A DNA stretch of 64,000 nucleotides from an uncultured bacterium (GCA_965552055.1 CBEVQO010000004.1:1-64000); one strand, 5' to 3'. Positions 46,308-56,421 are shown, numbered from the stretch's first letter. Notes: generated by a model not told the origin, from the sequence alone. Translations and numbers: made by a program.

Positions 46308-46534
46308 TCTTTATTTTCTGTCACAAATATTGCGAAGTCAGGGCAGGTATATTCGCAAATTTTACAATTTACACATTTTTCAGGATATTTCGCATAAGGA
46401 TAGTGATATCCTTTTTCATTAAAATCCTTTGACATTTCAAGGACTTTACGGGGACATAATTCTACACAATAGGTACATCCTTTGCATCTTGTTTTTATAA
46501 CATTTATTTTGTATCTGGGTTTTGTTTCTGTCAT
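46304..46534 (-). CDS. 2x[4Fe-4S] ferredoxin (2-oxoacid oxidoreductase delta-subunit-like)
   Basis: [12 protein letters not shown] and [16 protein letters not shown]. Confidence 0.88.
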   Translation of the reverse strand: MTETKPRYKINVIKTRCKGCTYCVELCPRKVLEMSKDFNEKGYHYPYAKYPEKCVNCKICEYTCPDFAIFVTENKD

Positions 46535-47397
46535 AATATTTCTTTTAAAATTTGTGCTACTTCTGCGGGTTCTGTTGCAACTTTTACTCCTACTTCATTA
46601 AATACTCTTATTTTTTCTTCGGCTGTACCTTCACTTCCAGCGATTATTGCACCAGCATGTCCCATACGCTTACCAGGAGGCGCTGTTTTACCGGCGATAA
46701 ATGCAACAACAGGTTTTTTAATGTGCTCTCTTATAAAATAAGCAGCATCCTGTTCATCTGTGCCACCTATTTCTCCTATCAAAACAACGGCAGAAGTATC
46801 TTTATCTTCTTCAAACATTTTGAGTAAATCTATAAATTTAAGACCAATTACCGGGTCACCTCCTATACCTATACAGGTAGATTGTCCCATTCCGCTTTTC
46901 GTTATGTGATAAACTATTTCATAGGTCAAGGTGCCGCTCCTTGATATTACACCGATATTACCCGGTTTAAACACATGAGCAGGCATTATACCGACTTTAC
47001 ATTTACCGGGACTTATGATTCCAGGGCAATTGGGTCCTACGAGTTTTACTCCTTTGTAATCGAGGTATTTTACCACTTTTGTCATCTCATCTACGGGTAT
47101 TCCTTCGGTTATACAAACTATAAGTTTAATTCCTGCATCCGCTGCTTCATAAATTGCATCTGCTGCAAATGCTGCCGGCACGAATATTATTGAAGTATCG
47201 GCTCCTGTTTCTTTTACTGCCTCTTCTACAGTGTTGAAAACAGGTACATTCTCAACCTTTTGACCGCCTTTACCAGGGGTAACACCTGCAACAACCTTGG
47301 TGCCATACTGGAGCATCATCTTTGTATGAAAAGAGCCATCCCTACCTGTTATACCCTGAACCAGAACCTTTGTATTTTCATCCACAAGGATACTCAT
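46531..47397 (-). CDS. sucD: Succinyl-CoA synthetase alpha subunit
   Basis: [34 protein letters not shown]. Confidence 0.94.
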   Translation of the reverse strand: MSILVDENTKVLVQGITGRDGSFHTKMMLQYGTKVVAGVTPGKGGQKVENVPVFNTVEEAVKETGADTSIIFVPAAFAADAIYEAADAGIKLIVCITEGIPVDEMTKVVKYLDYKGVKLVGPNCPGIISPGKCKVGIMPAHVFKPGNIGVISRSGTLTYEIVYHITKSGMGQSTCIGIGGDPVIGLKFIDLLKMFEEDKDTSAVVLIGEIGGTDEQDAAYFIREHIKKPVVAFIAGKTAPPGKRMGHAGAIIAGSEGTAEEKIRVFNEVGVKVATEPAEVAQILKEIL

Positions 47398-47405
47398 AAC
47401 ATCAG

Positions 47406-47432
47406 ATTATAATAAAAATTTATGTTTGTCAA
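47406..47432 (-). promoter_or_regulatory. Putative promoter TTGACA-N15-TATAAT, 8 nt from the sucD ATG
   Basis: Read from the reverse complement of 47406-47432. Confidence 0.72.
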
Positions 47433-48025
47433 GTTTTTTCTATCCGGATTAATCTACCTTTTGATAGGTAAAAAATATTATCACAAATCTCACGGGGAAA
47501 ACCTTCATAGTTTGCAAATATTAAAATGATTTCGGATTTTTCTTTCAATCTAAGGATAAAATTTTTCACTTTTTCTCTCATTATTTTATTTAATCCTCTA
47601 AATGGTTCATCCATTAAAATTATTTGTGGCTCGTAGATAAGTGATGCTATTGTCAAAATTTTTTTCTCACTATAAGAAAGATTATGCGGACTTGCATCTC
47701 CTTTCAATCCAAAGTATTTTATAACTTTTTCAACATTTTCCAGAGGTTTTTTATAATTTTTCACTGCAAATGCAATTTCCTCATATACGGTATCAAGAAA
47801 CAAAGAATCATCAGGTGTTTCAAAACATAGTCCAGTTACAGGAGAATCTACTCCTTCGACTTCTACTTTACCTCTATCCGGTTTTTTAAGTCCTGCAATT
47901 ATGTTAAATAAAAGTGTTTTACCACTGGAATTTGCACCGAGTATAGCGGTTATACCCTTTTCGACTACAAGACTTATATCACGCAGAATGTTTGAAAAGG
48001 TGATATTTTCTATCTTTAATCTCAA
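47429..48025 (-). CDS. ABC/ECF-type ATP-binding protein (degenerate motifs)
   Basis: GANSSGKT, TVYEEIAF, LSYSEKK, ILMDEP. Confidence 0.7.
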   Translation of the reverse strand: MRLKIENITFSNILRDISLVVEKGITAILGANSSGKTLLFNIIAGLKKPDRGKVEVEGVDSPVTGLCFETPDDSLFLDTVYEEIAFAVKNYKKPLENVEKVIKYFGLKGDASPHNLSYSEKKILTIASLIYEPQIILMDEPFRGLNKIMREKVKNFILRLKEKSEIILIFANYEGFPREICDNIFYLSKGRLIRIEKT

Positions 48026-49740
48026 AATTTCATTCCAATACCTATGTGAATAATGCGTGGTCGCCCGGGATATGTATCAAATGGACTGAAACCAAAACAC
48101 ATTTTATAATCCACATCAAAAAGATTTTCGCATCTTAAATAAATATTTAAAAAATCACGAAATTGATAAACAAATCCTATATTTAAAAGATGATAATCCT
48201 TTAAAATCTTCTCTTTATCGCCATACGCTTTGTGCATTTTACCACGATAAATGTAAGTAATTTCGGGTGTTAAGAAAGATTTATATCTTAAAGTCATAAC
48301 AAATTTGACCCTTGGTATTCCCTCATAATCTTTAAAGAAAAATAACAAATTTTGTATGTATTCTACTTTGAGCATAGAAAATTTATAAACCATTTCTACT
48401 CCTTCTCTCTCATAATTTACCAGATTCTTTGGACGATATACGAAATCCGTATCCTGAACCCATTCTATTTTATCACGGATATAATTCTTAAATAAGTTTA
48501 GATTTAGAAACATATTCGATTTTTTCATTTTAATTCCAGCGTTATAAAATTTTCCCTTTTCCGGGAGGAGCTCTGGATTTCCCTCAGCCCATCCGGTATT
48601 GGGCCAGTAAAGGTCGTTAAAAGATGGATACTGAAAGCCCTGGCTATAACTGAAATATAAATTGAAAAATGAGAAAGGCACACTGATACCCGTTACTCCC
48701 GAAAACTTACCCTTATATCTCGAGGATTTGTCAAATCTTATCCCTGTTAAAAGAAAAGGTTTAAAAATTTTCCTGAAAAATGTTAAAGAAGCACCGCATT
48801 CCCATTCTCTTTTGTCATAATATTCAAATCCGGAACTTCTGAAAAATGCTTTATAATTCCTTGCATCAAAATTTAGATAAAAAGGAGGTTTCGATAAATT
48901 CGCAGAAAAATTTAAAATATCAGAATAAATTGTATCTTCACCGTAAGCCGACTTATAATCTATCAGATAAACTGCATATCCTGAAATTACATTGAGTGAA
49001 AAATTCTTTTTCAATAATTTGCCTGACAGTGTTAGAAATAGTGCTCTATCCTGTTGTTTGTCGCTAAGTAAAGCGATTGAAGGCTCTGTATCGGGCGAAG
49101 GTCCTGGCACCCCATATTTTTTCACGCATCCACCAGAAAGCAGATTTATCTCCCAGTCATTTATAGAATAGGTGAAACCAAGAACTCCTGAACTTTTTGT
49201 AAAATCGGAATTATCGCGAAAACCCTTACCATTATGTGCATCTAAACCACCAAAAAATAAAGGATTTGTGCCCCTCCTTATCGACATATAGAGCATCTCT
49301 TCCGAATAATTACCACGAAAATATCTAAAATTTGACTTCTCATCTGCATCATAAGTAATATTTATGAGATTCAAACCATGTGCACCACATGCTAAACTAT
49401 ATCCCGAATGAATAACCTCAGCCCTTTTAAGATTGCAAAGCGGAATTAAAGAGAGGTCAAAAGTATTATCTTTCAATGTATTTAATGGCAAACCATTTAC
49501 CGTAATCAAAGTATTTGTCGAAGATAAACCCTGAATGCTCGAAGTAGCAAGCTGTACATATCCGCCATATTCATTTAGCAAAAAACTCGAAAGATTCAAA
49601 GAGAATAAAAGTGGATGAAATTTCGCAAACTTCACTTCTTCTACGAAAAATGGCAATTTATATGGGTCAATGTGTAATCTCGTAGCTTCAACAATCAAAG
49701 TATCGGCATAATAAATTTGAAATAACAAAAATAAAATCAT
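48022..49740 (-). CDS. TonB-dependent receptor (BtuB-like, divergent)
   Basis: LIVEATR, PSFNDLYWP...GNPELLPE, ENLFD, YPGRPR, terminal F. Confidence 0.78.
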   Translation of the reverse strand: MILFLLFQIYYADTLIVEATRLHIDPYKLPFFVEEVKFAKFHPLLFSLNLSSFLLNEYGGYVQLATSSIQGLSSTNTLITVNGLPLNTLKDNTFDLSLIPLCNLKRAEVIHSGYSLACGAHGLNLINITYDADEKSNFRYFRGNYSEEMLYMSIRRGTNPLFFGGLDAHNGKGFRDNSDFTKSSGVLGFTYSINDWEINLLSGGCVKKYGVPGPSPDTEPSIALLSDKQQDRALFLTLSGKLLKKNFSLNVISGYAVYLIDYKSAYGEDTIYSDILNFSANLSKPPFYLNFDARNYKAFFRSSGFEYYDKREWECGASLTFFRKIFKPFLLTGIRFDKSSRYKGKFSGVTGISVPFSFFNLYFSYSQGFQYPSFNDLYWPNTGWAEGNPELLPEKGKFYNAGIKMKKSNMFLNLNLFKNYIRDKIEWVQDTDFVYRPKNLVNYEREGVEMVYKFSMLKVEYIQNLLFFFKDYEGIPRVKFVMTLRYKSFLTPEITYIYRGKMHKAYGDKEKILKDYHLLNIGFVYQFRDFLNIYLRCENLFDVDYKMCFGFSPFDTYPGRPRIIHIGIGMKF

Positions 49741-49745
49741 CCTGA

Positions 49746-49772
49746 AATTTAATTAAGATATCAAAAAGTCAA
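49746..49772 (-). promoter_or_regulatory. Putative promoter TTGACT-N15-TAAATT, 5 nt from ATG
   Basis: Reverse complement of 49746-49772; overlaps the 3' end of the glycosyltransferase. Confidence 0.55.
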
Positions 49773-50859
49773 GTATTTTTTTTGACATTTTATCAACTGT
49801 GAATCTTTTTGCATTTGCAATTCCTTTTTGTTTTAATTTTTCGTATAATTCCCGGTCTTCAAATATTTTTTCTATAGCATCTTTGATATTTTCTGGTGTT
49901 GGCTCACATATTATTGCGGCATCTCCCACAACTTCCGGTAAAGATGCTTTGTTGGAACATATAACGGGCACTCCGCAAGCCATTGCCTCAAGAGGAGGCA
50001 AACCAAATCCTTCACACAATGAAGGAAAAACAAATAAAAAAGCACCATTAAAGAACATGGGCAAATCTTCATCCGTAACATAATCTAAAAAATGAACATT
50101 ATCCAGTTTTTTAAAATTATACTTTTTGCTTAAAATTTTTAACTTTTGAACTAAAAAATCTGAAATTCTCCCAATTATTAACAACTTGAAGCGTTTTTTA
50201 ATTTCTTCTGGCAATAATAAGTATGCTTCCACTAAACTTTCTACATTTTTGTGAGGCTTAAGACCTCCAAGATAAAGGATGTATTCAAAATTTATCCCAT
50301 ATTTTTCAAGAACTTTTTTTGTTTTTTCTTCTGGAAGGACTTTAAATTTTTTATCGACAGCGAGATGAATTACTTTTATTTTTTCTTTCGGTATTTTCAT
50401 CAACTTACTTATTTTTTCTTTTGCATCGTAAGATAGTGTAAAAACTTTTTTTGCGAATTTTGCACAAAATCTTCCAAAATAAAGGTAATACATTTTTTTG
50501 AAAAAATTTACAGGCAAAATTAATGGTGTCGCATCGTTTATCGAAATTATCATCTTTTTGCCAAGAAGTAATGGACCTTTGAAGTAAGGTGAGAAGAAAA
50601 TATCTACCTTTTCGCGTATAGCAAGGAAAGGTAAAATAATTTGGTCCCATAAAATTGTAATAATTTCTTTTTTTCTGATGAATTTGATGTTTTTTGCGTT
50701 TAAAATATTTTTTGGGATTTCTGTTTTTTGATTTCCAAAAAGAATATAAAGATTTTTTTTGTCGTTATCTATCACCCAGTTAAGGAAATCAAGTAGATAT
50801 CTTCCTATTCCCGTGTGTTTACCGCGTTCAAATTCTCTTACATCTATTCCTATTTTCAT
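49753..50859 (-). CDS. GT-B glycosyltransferase family 4
   Basis: [31 protein letters not shown]. Confidence 0.9.
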   Translation of the reverse strand: MKIGIDVREFERGKHTGIGRYLLDFLNWVIDNDKKNLYILFGNQKTEIPKNILNAKNIKFIRKKEIITILWDQIILPFLAIREKVDIFFSPYFKGPLLLGKKMIISINDATPLILPVNFFKKMYYLYFGRFCAKFAKKVFTLSYDAKEKISKLMKIPKEKIKVIHLAVDKKFKVLPEEKTKKVLEKYGINFEYILYLGGLKPHKNVESLVEAYLLLPEEIKKRFKLLIIGRISDFLVQKLKILSKKYNFKKLDNVHFLDYVTDEDLPMFFNGAFLFVFPSLCEGFGLPPLEAMACGVPVICSNKASLPEVVGDAAIICEPTPENIKDAIEKIFEDRELYEKLKQKGIANAKRFTVDKMSKKILDFLIS

Positions 50860-51818
50860 CTATTTTTGAGTTTGTGACGCCAGTAATTGAGTAAATCTTT
50901 TAAAGTTTGTTCAAATTTATATTTGGGTTTCCAACCTGTTTTCTTTATAAATTTCTCTGGATTTCCATAGAGAATAGGCACATCCGAAGGTCTTAACCTT
51001 TGAGGGTCAACTTTTATTTCTGCTTTTATTCCTGATATTTCCATCAACATGTGTAAAATATCTTTAACTTTTCTGGGTTTTCCGGAGCAAATATTATAAA
51101 CTTCGCCTGGTTCACATTTTTCTGTAGCAAGCCAATAAGCTTCTACAATATCTCTAACATCTGTGAAATCCCTTGCAGATTCGAGATTTCCGACATAAAT
51201 GATGGGCTCTTTTATTCCCATTTCTATTTCCACTATTTGTTTGGCGAAATTAGAACATACAAATACTTCTGCACGACGGGGTCCTGTGTGATTAAATGCC
51301 CTTGTCCTTATTACTCTTAATCCATAACTTTTAAAATACTGAAAACCAAGTAAATCCTGTGCTACTTTACTCACAGCATAAGGACTTAAAGGACGCAAAG
51401 GAGTATCTTCTTTTATCGGTAATTCATCTTCTCCTACGAGACCATATTCTTCAGATGAACCTGCTATATGAATTATTGGATTTATTTTCGCCCTTCTTAC
51501 TGCTTCAAAAATATTCAGCTGACCTATGATATTGGTTGTAAGTGTCTCATAAGGTGCCTGCCATGATTGCGGGACAAAGCTCTGAGCTGCTAAATGAAAG
51601 ATTTTGTCAGGTTTAACTTCCGAAATTACTTCGGAAACACTCGTGGAATCCCTTATATCGCAGGTATAAAGTTTTATCTTATCCATTATATGTTCTATAT
51701 TTTCTGTACGGCTGCGCCAGCGTATTATTCCAAATACTTCGATATCTTTAAACTTCAGCAAATATTCTGCAAGATGACTGCCAACGAATCCAGTAATTCC
51801 GGTTATTAAAACTTTCAT
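50856..51818 (-). CDS. GDP-mannose 4,6-dehydratase-family SDR, most like GDP-4-keto-6-deoxymannose reductase (Rmd)
   Basis: ITGITGFVG, HLAAQS, GSSEEYG, YAVSK, FNHTGPR, RDFTDVRD. Confidence 0.8.
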   Translation of the reverse strand: MKVLITGITGFVGSHLAEYLLKFKDIEVFGIIRWRSRTENIEHIMDKIKLYTCDIRDSTSVSEVISEVKPDKIFHLAAQSFVPQSWQAPYETLTTNIIGQLNIFEAVRRAKINPIIHIAGSSEEYGLVGEDELPIKEDTPLRPLSPYAVSKVAQDLLGFQYFKSYGLRVIRTRAFNHTGPRRAEVFVCSNFAKQIVEIEMGIKEPIIYVGNLESARDFTDVRDIVEAYWLATEKCEPGEVYNICSGKPRKVKDILHMLMEISGIKAEIKVDPQRLRPSDVPILYGNPEKFIKKTGWKPKYKFEQTLKDLLNYWRHKLKNR

Positions 51819-52351
51819 TCGTGGTTATAACCGGCTTCGAAGGCTGAGATGTTGAGTTCAAGGGTATGAGGTGGGACTTCTGATTCGACCGATTTTTTCA
51901 AACTCTCTTTCTTTACTATTTTTGTAACTTTGCAGAGATAACCGAGCATTACAATATTTGAGGCAATTCTATTTCCTATTTTTTCGGCAATCCTCGTAGC
52001 AGGGATTTTATATAATTTTTTACCTTTTAATACTTCAAAATTTTCGATTTTCACCAGATCCTGGTCTATGATAACAATACCTTCTTCTTTAACTCTATCT
52101 ATGAATTTCGTAAATGCTTCCTGTGACATTGCAACGAGAATTTCTGGGTTATCAGCATAGGGGTAATGAATTTTTTTATCGGATATAACAACCTGAGCTG
52201 AGCAAGCGCCTCCACGGGCTTCAGGTCCATACGACGGTATAAAGGTGGCTTCTAAGCCCTCGTAAACCACAGCAGATTTACCCAAAATAAAGCCTGCCTT
52301 TAAAATACCCTGACCACCGAAGCCCGCTAAAATAATCTCCCTGCGCATCAC
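51815..52351 (-). CDS. 2-oxoacid:ferredoxin oxidoreductase gamma subunit
   Basis: AGFGGQG, SYGPEARGG, NIVMLG. Confidence 0.9.
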   Translation of the reverse strand: MMRREIILAGFGGQGILKAGFILGKSAVVYEGLEATFIPSYGPEARGGACSAQVVISDKKIHYPYADNPEILVAMSQEAFTKFIDRVKEEGIVIIDQDLVKIENFEVLKGKKLYKIPATRIAEKIGNRIASNIVMLGYLCKVTKIVKKESLKKSVESEVPPHTLELNISAFEAGYNHE

Positions 52352-52782
52352 CTGTAAGCCATCTTCAAAGCATCATTCACTTTTATGAATTTATCTTTTT
52401 GCTTCAAAAAATCATAAACCTGTGAAAGAGGAACATCAAAAAACGGAGCAATAACCCTGTCCTTATAAGAGATTATCTCGAGCATTATGTTTTTCACCTC
52501 TTCATCTATAATTTTCCTCTCATAAAGTCTTTCGATTAATCCTTTGGAATTACGACCAAAAATTATATCACCCTTTGATACCAGTAAATTTTTAGCGATC
52601 GCAATTATGTTATCTATCAGTGAATTCAAGTAATAGGAAGAAATTTCTTGTAGCTCGGGATTGCTTTCATATTCTTTCAATGAACTTATGCTATCCGATA
52701 GCTTTACGATTTCAGAAGTTATAAAATTTAGTTCTTCAAGCAAATTTAACGCAAGACGATTTGAAATATCATTTTGGGTCAT
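52348..52782 (-). CDS. Degenerate DUF86/HepT-like (HEPN-fold) protein
   Basis: All-helical, 144 aa; LIERLYERKII...IISYKDRVIAPFFDV aligns by eye to DUF86 GFRNxxxHxY but lacks R/H. Confidence 0.5.
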   Translation of the reverse strand: MTQNDISNRLALNLLEELNFITSEIVKLSDSISSLKEYESNPELQEISSYYLNSLIDNIIAIAKNLLVSKGDIIFGRNSKGLIERLYERKIIDEEVKNIMLEIISYKDRVIAPFFDVPLSQVYDFLKQKDKFIKVNDALKMAYR

Positions 52783-53591
52783 TTTACCCCCTCTTTTAAT
52801 CTCTCTTCAAAAGTTTTTCTCTCAATGTCAACAAATTTACCACAAACTATTTTATCAGATGTGAGGTCGGTTTCTTTTGGGTCTGCTCCGTGTTTTATCA
52901 CAGATATTTTTCGGAATAATTTAATCCATTCTACACCCTGTGGCATTTTATTTCTTCTACCATAACATGTTGGACATTGGGATATTACTTCTACAAATGT
53001 AAATCCCTTTTTTAAAATTGCTTCCTTTATCGATTTTACCAGCTGCAATGGATGAGCGGTTGTCCATCTTGCTACATAAACGGCACCGCAAGCAGCAGTA
53101 ACCCAGCAAAGATTAAAGGGATACTCAAAATTACCGTAAGGCGAAGTGGTTGTTCTACCGCCAATGGGTGTTGTTGGACCAACCTGACCGCCTGTCATAC
53201 CGTAATTGAAGTTGTTAACACAAATTACTGTCATATCGATGTTTCTCCTTGCAGCATGTATCAAATGATTTCCACCTATGGCAAAGAGGTCACCATCCCC
53301 ACTTATTATGACAACATTCAATTCAGGGTTTGCAAGTTTTAAGCCCGTTGCAAAGGGAATTGCCCTTCCATGTGTCGTATGATATGTGTCAAATTTTAGA
53401 TAACCGGGAGCCCTTCCTGTGCAACCAATTCCCGATACAATGCAAAACTTGTCAAGGGGTAAACCCGAATCTTTTATCGCTTTTAGCATGCAAGATACAA
53501 CAGTGCCTATTCCACATCCAGGACACCAGATATGGGGAAGACGCTCTGTTCTCAAAAGGTCATCCAGTGGATGTTTCAAATTTTCGCTCAT
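52779..53591 (-). CDS. korB: 2-oxoacid:ferredoxin oxidoreductase beta subunit
   Basis: WCPGCG, SGIGC, HGRA, GDGD, NN..YGMTGGQ. Confidence 0.9.
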   Translation of the reverse strand: MSENLKHPLDDLLRTERLPHIWCPGCGIGTVVSCMLKAIKDSGLPLDKFCIVSGIGCTGRAPGYLKFDTYHTTHGRAIPFATGLKLANPELNVVIISGDGDLFAIGGNHLIHAARRNIDMTVICVNNFNYGMTGGQVGPTTPIGGRTTTSPYGNFEYPFNLCWVTAACGAVYVARWTTAHPLQLVKSIKEAILKKGFTFVEVISQCPTCYGRRNKMPQGVEWIKLFRKISVIKHGADPKETDLTSDKIVCGKFVDIERKTFEERLKEGVK

Positions 53592-54736
53592 TTTAGTAAT
53601 TGCTTCGCTTTCTCATATATTTCCTGCATTGTTGGGAGACCACCACCGGGATGCCCCACAAAACCCATCTTAGCTCCGCCTTTGTTGCATCTCTCAACTT
53701 CATAGTAAATTTGACGATTGTTTAGTTCACAAACCAGAAATGCACCGCATTTTGACGAAAGCTCTGTTATCTTTTTCTCGGGAAAAGGCCAGACCGTTAT
53801 CAGACGCAAAAAGCCGGCTTTTACACCTTCATTCTTTAGCCGTTCGAATACAGGATAAATAAGACGGGCAGATACGCCGTAAGATACAAATACGATGTCA
53901 GCATTATCTGTATCTATCTCTTCAATTTTTGTGATTTTTTCTGCGTTCTTTTTTATTTTGTTACAAATTCTTTCTATCAGCTTTTTATGTGCTTCGCCAT
54001 TCATAGCGTCATATCCTCTTTCGTCGTGTGTAAGCCCTGTTGTGTGAGCTTTATAACCTGTGCCTGCAATTGCCATCTCAGGTATCAAACTCTCATCTGC
54101 AAGATATGGAAAATAATCTTCGGGAGGTTTTGAGGGTCTCTTCCTTTCCACCAATTTTATATCTTCTTCTTTTGGGATAACTACTTTTTCTGTCATATGT
54201 CCTATTATCGCATCGGACATTATGAAAACAGGGATTCTGTATTCTTCTGCGTAATTAAATGCCTCGATTGTTAAGTCAAAGCATTCCTGCACGGAACTCG
54301 GTGCAAGAGCAATAATTTCATAGTCACCATGAGAGCCCCATTTTGCCTGCATTATATCCGCTTGAGCCCATAAAGTCGGCAAACCGGTAGATGGTCCTGC
54401 TCTCTGAATATCTGCAATTACACAGGGTGTCTCCATCATTATGGCGAGTCCTATGTTTTCCATCATCAGTGAAAAGCCAGGTCCTGAAGTTGCTGTCATA
54501 CTCTTTGCACCAGCCCATGATGCTCCTATTATCGCAACGATGGAAGCAATTTCATCTTCCATCTGTATAAACACTCCTCCGACTTTTGGCATCCTTAAAG
54601 CCATCCTTTCGGCTACTTCTGTGGCAGGGGTTATAGGGTAGCCGGCAAAAAAATTACAACCAGCAGCTAACGCTCCTTCTGCAATAGCAACATCTCCTTC
54701 CATAAAATGAACACCCGTTAAAATTCTGCCCTCCAC
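53588..54736 (-). CDS. korA: 2-oxoacid:ferredoxin oxidoreductase alpha subunit
   Basis: AGYPITPA, QMEDEIAS, ATSGPGFSLM, QRAGPSTGLPT. Confidence 0.9.
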   Translation of the reverse strand: MEGRILTGVHFMEGDVAIAEGALAAGCNFFAGYPITPATEVAERMALRMPKVGGVFIQMEDEIASIVAIIGASWAGAKSMTATSGPGFSLMMENIGLAIMMETPCVIADIQRAGPSTGLPTLWAQADIMQAKWGSHGDYEIIALAPSSVQECFDLTIEAFNYAEEYRIPVFIMSDAIIGHMTEKVVIPKEEDIKLVERKRPSKPPEDYFPYLADESLIPEMAIAGTGYKAHTTGLTHDERGYDAMNGEAHKKLIERICNKIKKNAEKITKIEEIDTDNADIVFVSYGVSARLIYPVFERLKNEGVKAGFLRLITVWPFPEKKITELSSKCGAFLVCELNNRQIYYEVERCNKGGAKMGFVGHPGGGLPTMQEIYEKAKQLLK

Positions 54737-54741
54737 TTACC

Positions 54742-54768
54742 ATTATAATCAAATAATTTCTATGTCAA
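54742..54768 (-). promoter_or_regulatory. Putative promoter TTGACA-N15-TATAAT, 5 nt from the korA GTG
   Basis: Read from the reverse complement of 54742-54768. Confidence 0.72.
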
Positions 54769-55457
54769 CATTTTTTTCGTTTACCTTCTTTTTTAAGTTT
54801 GAAATTTGCTATTTTCTTTGCGATATAAATTCCTATAATAGCACCTGCGAATGTATCGGAAAACCAGTGTTTATCTTTGTAAATTCTCATAAATGCAACC
54901 GATACTGCCATTGAGTATGCTAAAAAATCTTTCCATTTTTCTTTTGAAAATTCAGAGATTGTTGTAGCAACTGTGAAAGCAAGTGATGTATAGCCCGAAG
55001 GCAAAGAATTTTTTCCCTCCCCAAAACTAAAAGGAGAAAAATTAAACGCCCCTCTGCCTGTGTAAGGTCTACTTCTGCCAAACAAAATTTTGAAAAAATA
55101 AGTGGTAAGCTCTGCAAAAATCATACTCTCTATCATTGCATCTGTTAATCTTTTAAGGTTTTCATCTTTGGTCAATAATCCCAAACTTGTGACTGTAAAA
55201 ACAGGAATTCCTATTATTACCCCATCAATTCCTATTTTCTTGGGAAAGAGAGAGTCTATTTTGAAAAAAGTTGGATTGTGATATTGTGAAACAAATTCCC
55301 TTATATTTTTGTCAACGAACATTAAAGAAAAGGTTGTAACACAAGAAGAAGTTGCCAGAAATAACTCTTTTTTATTCCAGTAAAAAGGCGATGAATACAA
55401 AGATTTTGCATCCTGTAAAAAATCCGAAAAAGTAAACGCAATAAAAACTATGAACAT
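54765..55457 (-). CDS. PAP2 family phosphatase
   Basis: KILFGRSRP (C1), PSGY (C2 variant), RIYKDKHWFSD (C3). Confidence 0.8.
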   Translation of the reverse strand: MFIVFIAFTFSDFLQDAKSLYSSPFYWNKKELFLATSSCVTTFSLMFVDKNIREFVSQYHNPTFFKIDSLFPKKIGIDGVIIGIPVFTVTSLGLLTKDENLKRLTDAMIESMIFAELTTYFFKILFGRSRPYTGRGAFNFSPFSFGEGKNSLPSGYTSLAFTVATTISEFSKEKWKDFLAYSMAVSVAFMRIYKDKHWFSDTFAGAIIGIYIAKKIANFKLKKEGKRKKC

Positions 55458-56326
55458 CAGAACTTTGCTTCTATAGTCAAAATATGAGAAAATGCTAAAC
55501 CGTATCTATAATGGCATAGAGCGTAAGAAATTGCAAAATGGGAATAAAAAACTTCAAATCCTGCGGAAAAATTCTCTGTATCATGGAAAAATCTTTTACT
55601 TATCTCTATTTGAAAAATATTAAGCGGTTTAAATACTAAAGCTGTGCAGATTTGCAAAAATTCGTCGACTTCTTTTCTAAAATCACAAATGAATTTTAAT
55701 GTTTTGTAAGAATATGAAAATCCAAGGTTTACAGTCACAGGTGCTGTTGGATAAATTCTGTAAAACACCAGATTTTGAACACAAAACCCTATTTCTAAAT
55801 TTTTGACTTCCGGGAGAAGATAAAAAATCCCAAGGTCAAAAGCATAAAATCCCTGTTTTTGCCAGAATAAATTTTGTTGAACTAACTTGCAGTTTAGTCC
55901 AAAAGAAAGTGTTTTAAAAGTTTTTGAAATGTTAAAAATCATAGCCCAATCTTCGATATTATATGTTGTTAAAGGTTTGTCCGAAGGTTTTTCACGGAGA
56001 GGTATTTCACCAGATGATACGGAAAAAAGCCCGAAACCCACATTTACTCCTGAAGCCTTCGAAACGATAGCCCATGAGAATGAATAAGTATCGAGAAAAT
56101 GTTTATTGTAAGAAAAAGAAAGATTGGAAATGGTTGACACATTTGCAGGATTACAGAATATTGCTTTTGCACCTTTTATTTCAGTTGAATAACACATTGA
56201 TAATGCTCTTTGAGTTGCATTTGCAGGTAGTTTTAAAAAATAGTAACCTACATCTTCTCTTTGAGAAGCGATTACCGAATTATAAAAATCCGACCAAATT
56301 GCTGTTATTAGAAAAAATATTTTCAT
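55457..56326 (-). CDS. PorV/PorQ-like outer-membrane beta-barrel protein
   Basis: FLKLPANA...ALS, IFCNPA, FGLNCKL, AFDLG; terminal F. Confidence 0.65.
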   Translation of the reverse strand: MKIFFLITAIWSDFYNSVIASQREDVGYYFLKLPANATQRALSMCYSTEIKGAKAIFCNPANVSTISNLSFSYNKHFLDTYSFSWAIVSKASGVNVGFGLFSVSSGEIPLREKPSDKPLTTYNIEDWAMIFNISKTFKTLSFGLNCKLVQQNLFWQKQGFYAFDLGIFYLLPEVKNLEIGFCVQNLVFYRIYPTAPVTVNLGFSYSYKTLKFICDFRKEVDEFLQICTALVFKPLNIFQIEISKRFFHDTENFSAGFEVFYSHFAISYALCHYRYGLAFSHILTIEAKF

Positions 56327-56332
56327 GATATT

Positions 56333-56421
56333 CGGAGGGGGTGGGATTCGAACCCACGCGGGGATTTTACTCCCCTACGCGATTTCGAGTCGCGCGCCTT
56401 AGTCCACTCGGCCACCCCTCC
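56333..56421 (-). tRNA. tRNA-Ser(CGA), long variable arm; CCA not encoded
   Basis: Reverse complement GGAGGGG...CGCGA-CT-CGA-AA-TCGCG...GTGGG-TTCGAAT-CCCAC-CCCCTCC-G. Confidence 0.92.

Noticed and set aside
49741..49772. Cobalamin riboswitch upstream of the BtuB-like receptor
   Set aside because: Only 12 nt of intergenic space; no room for the element
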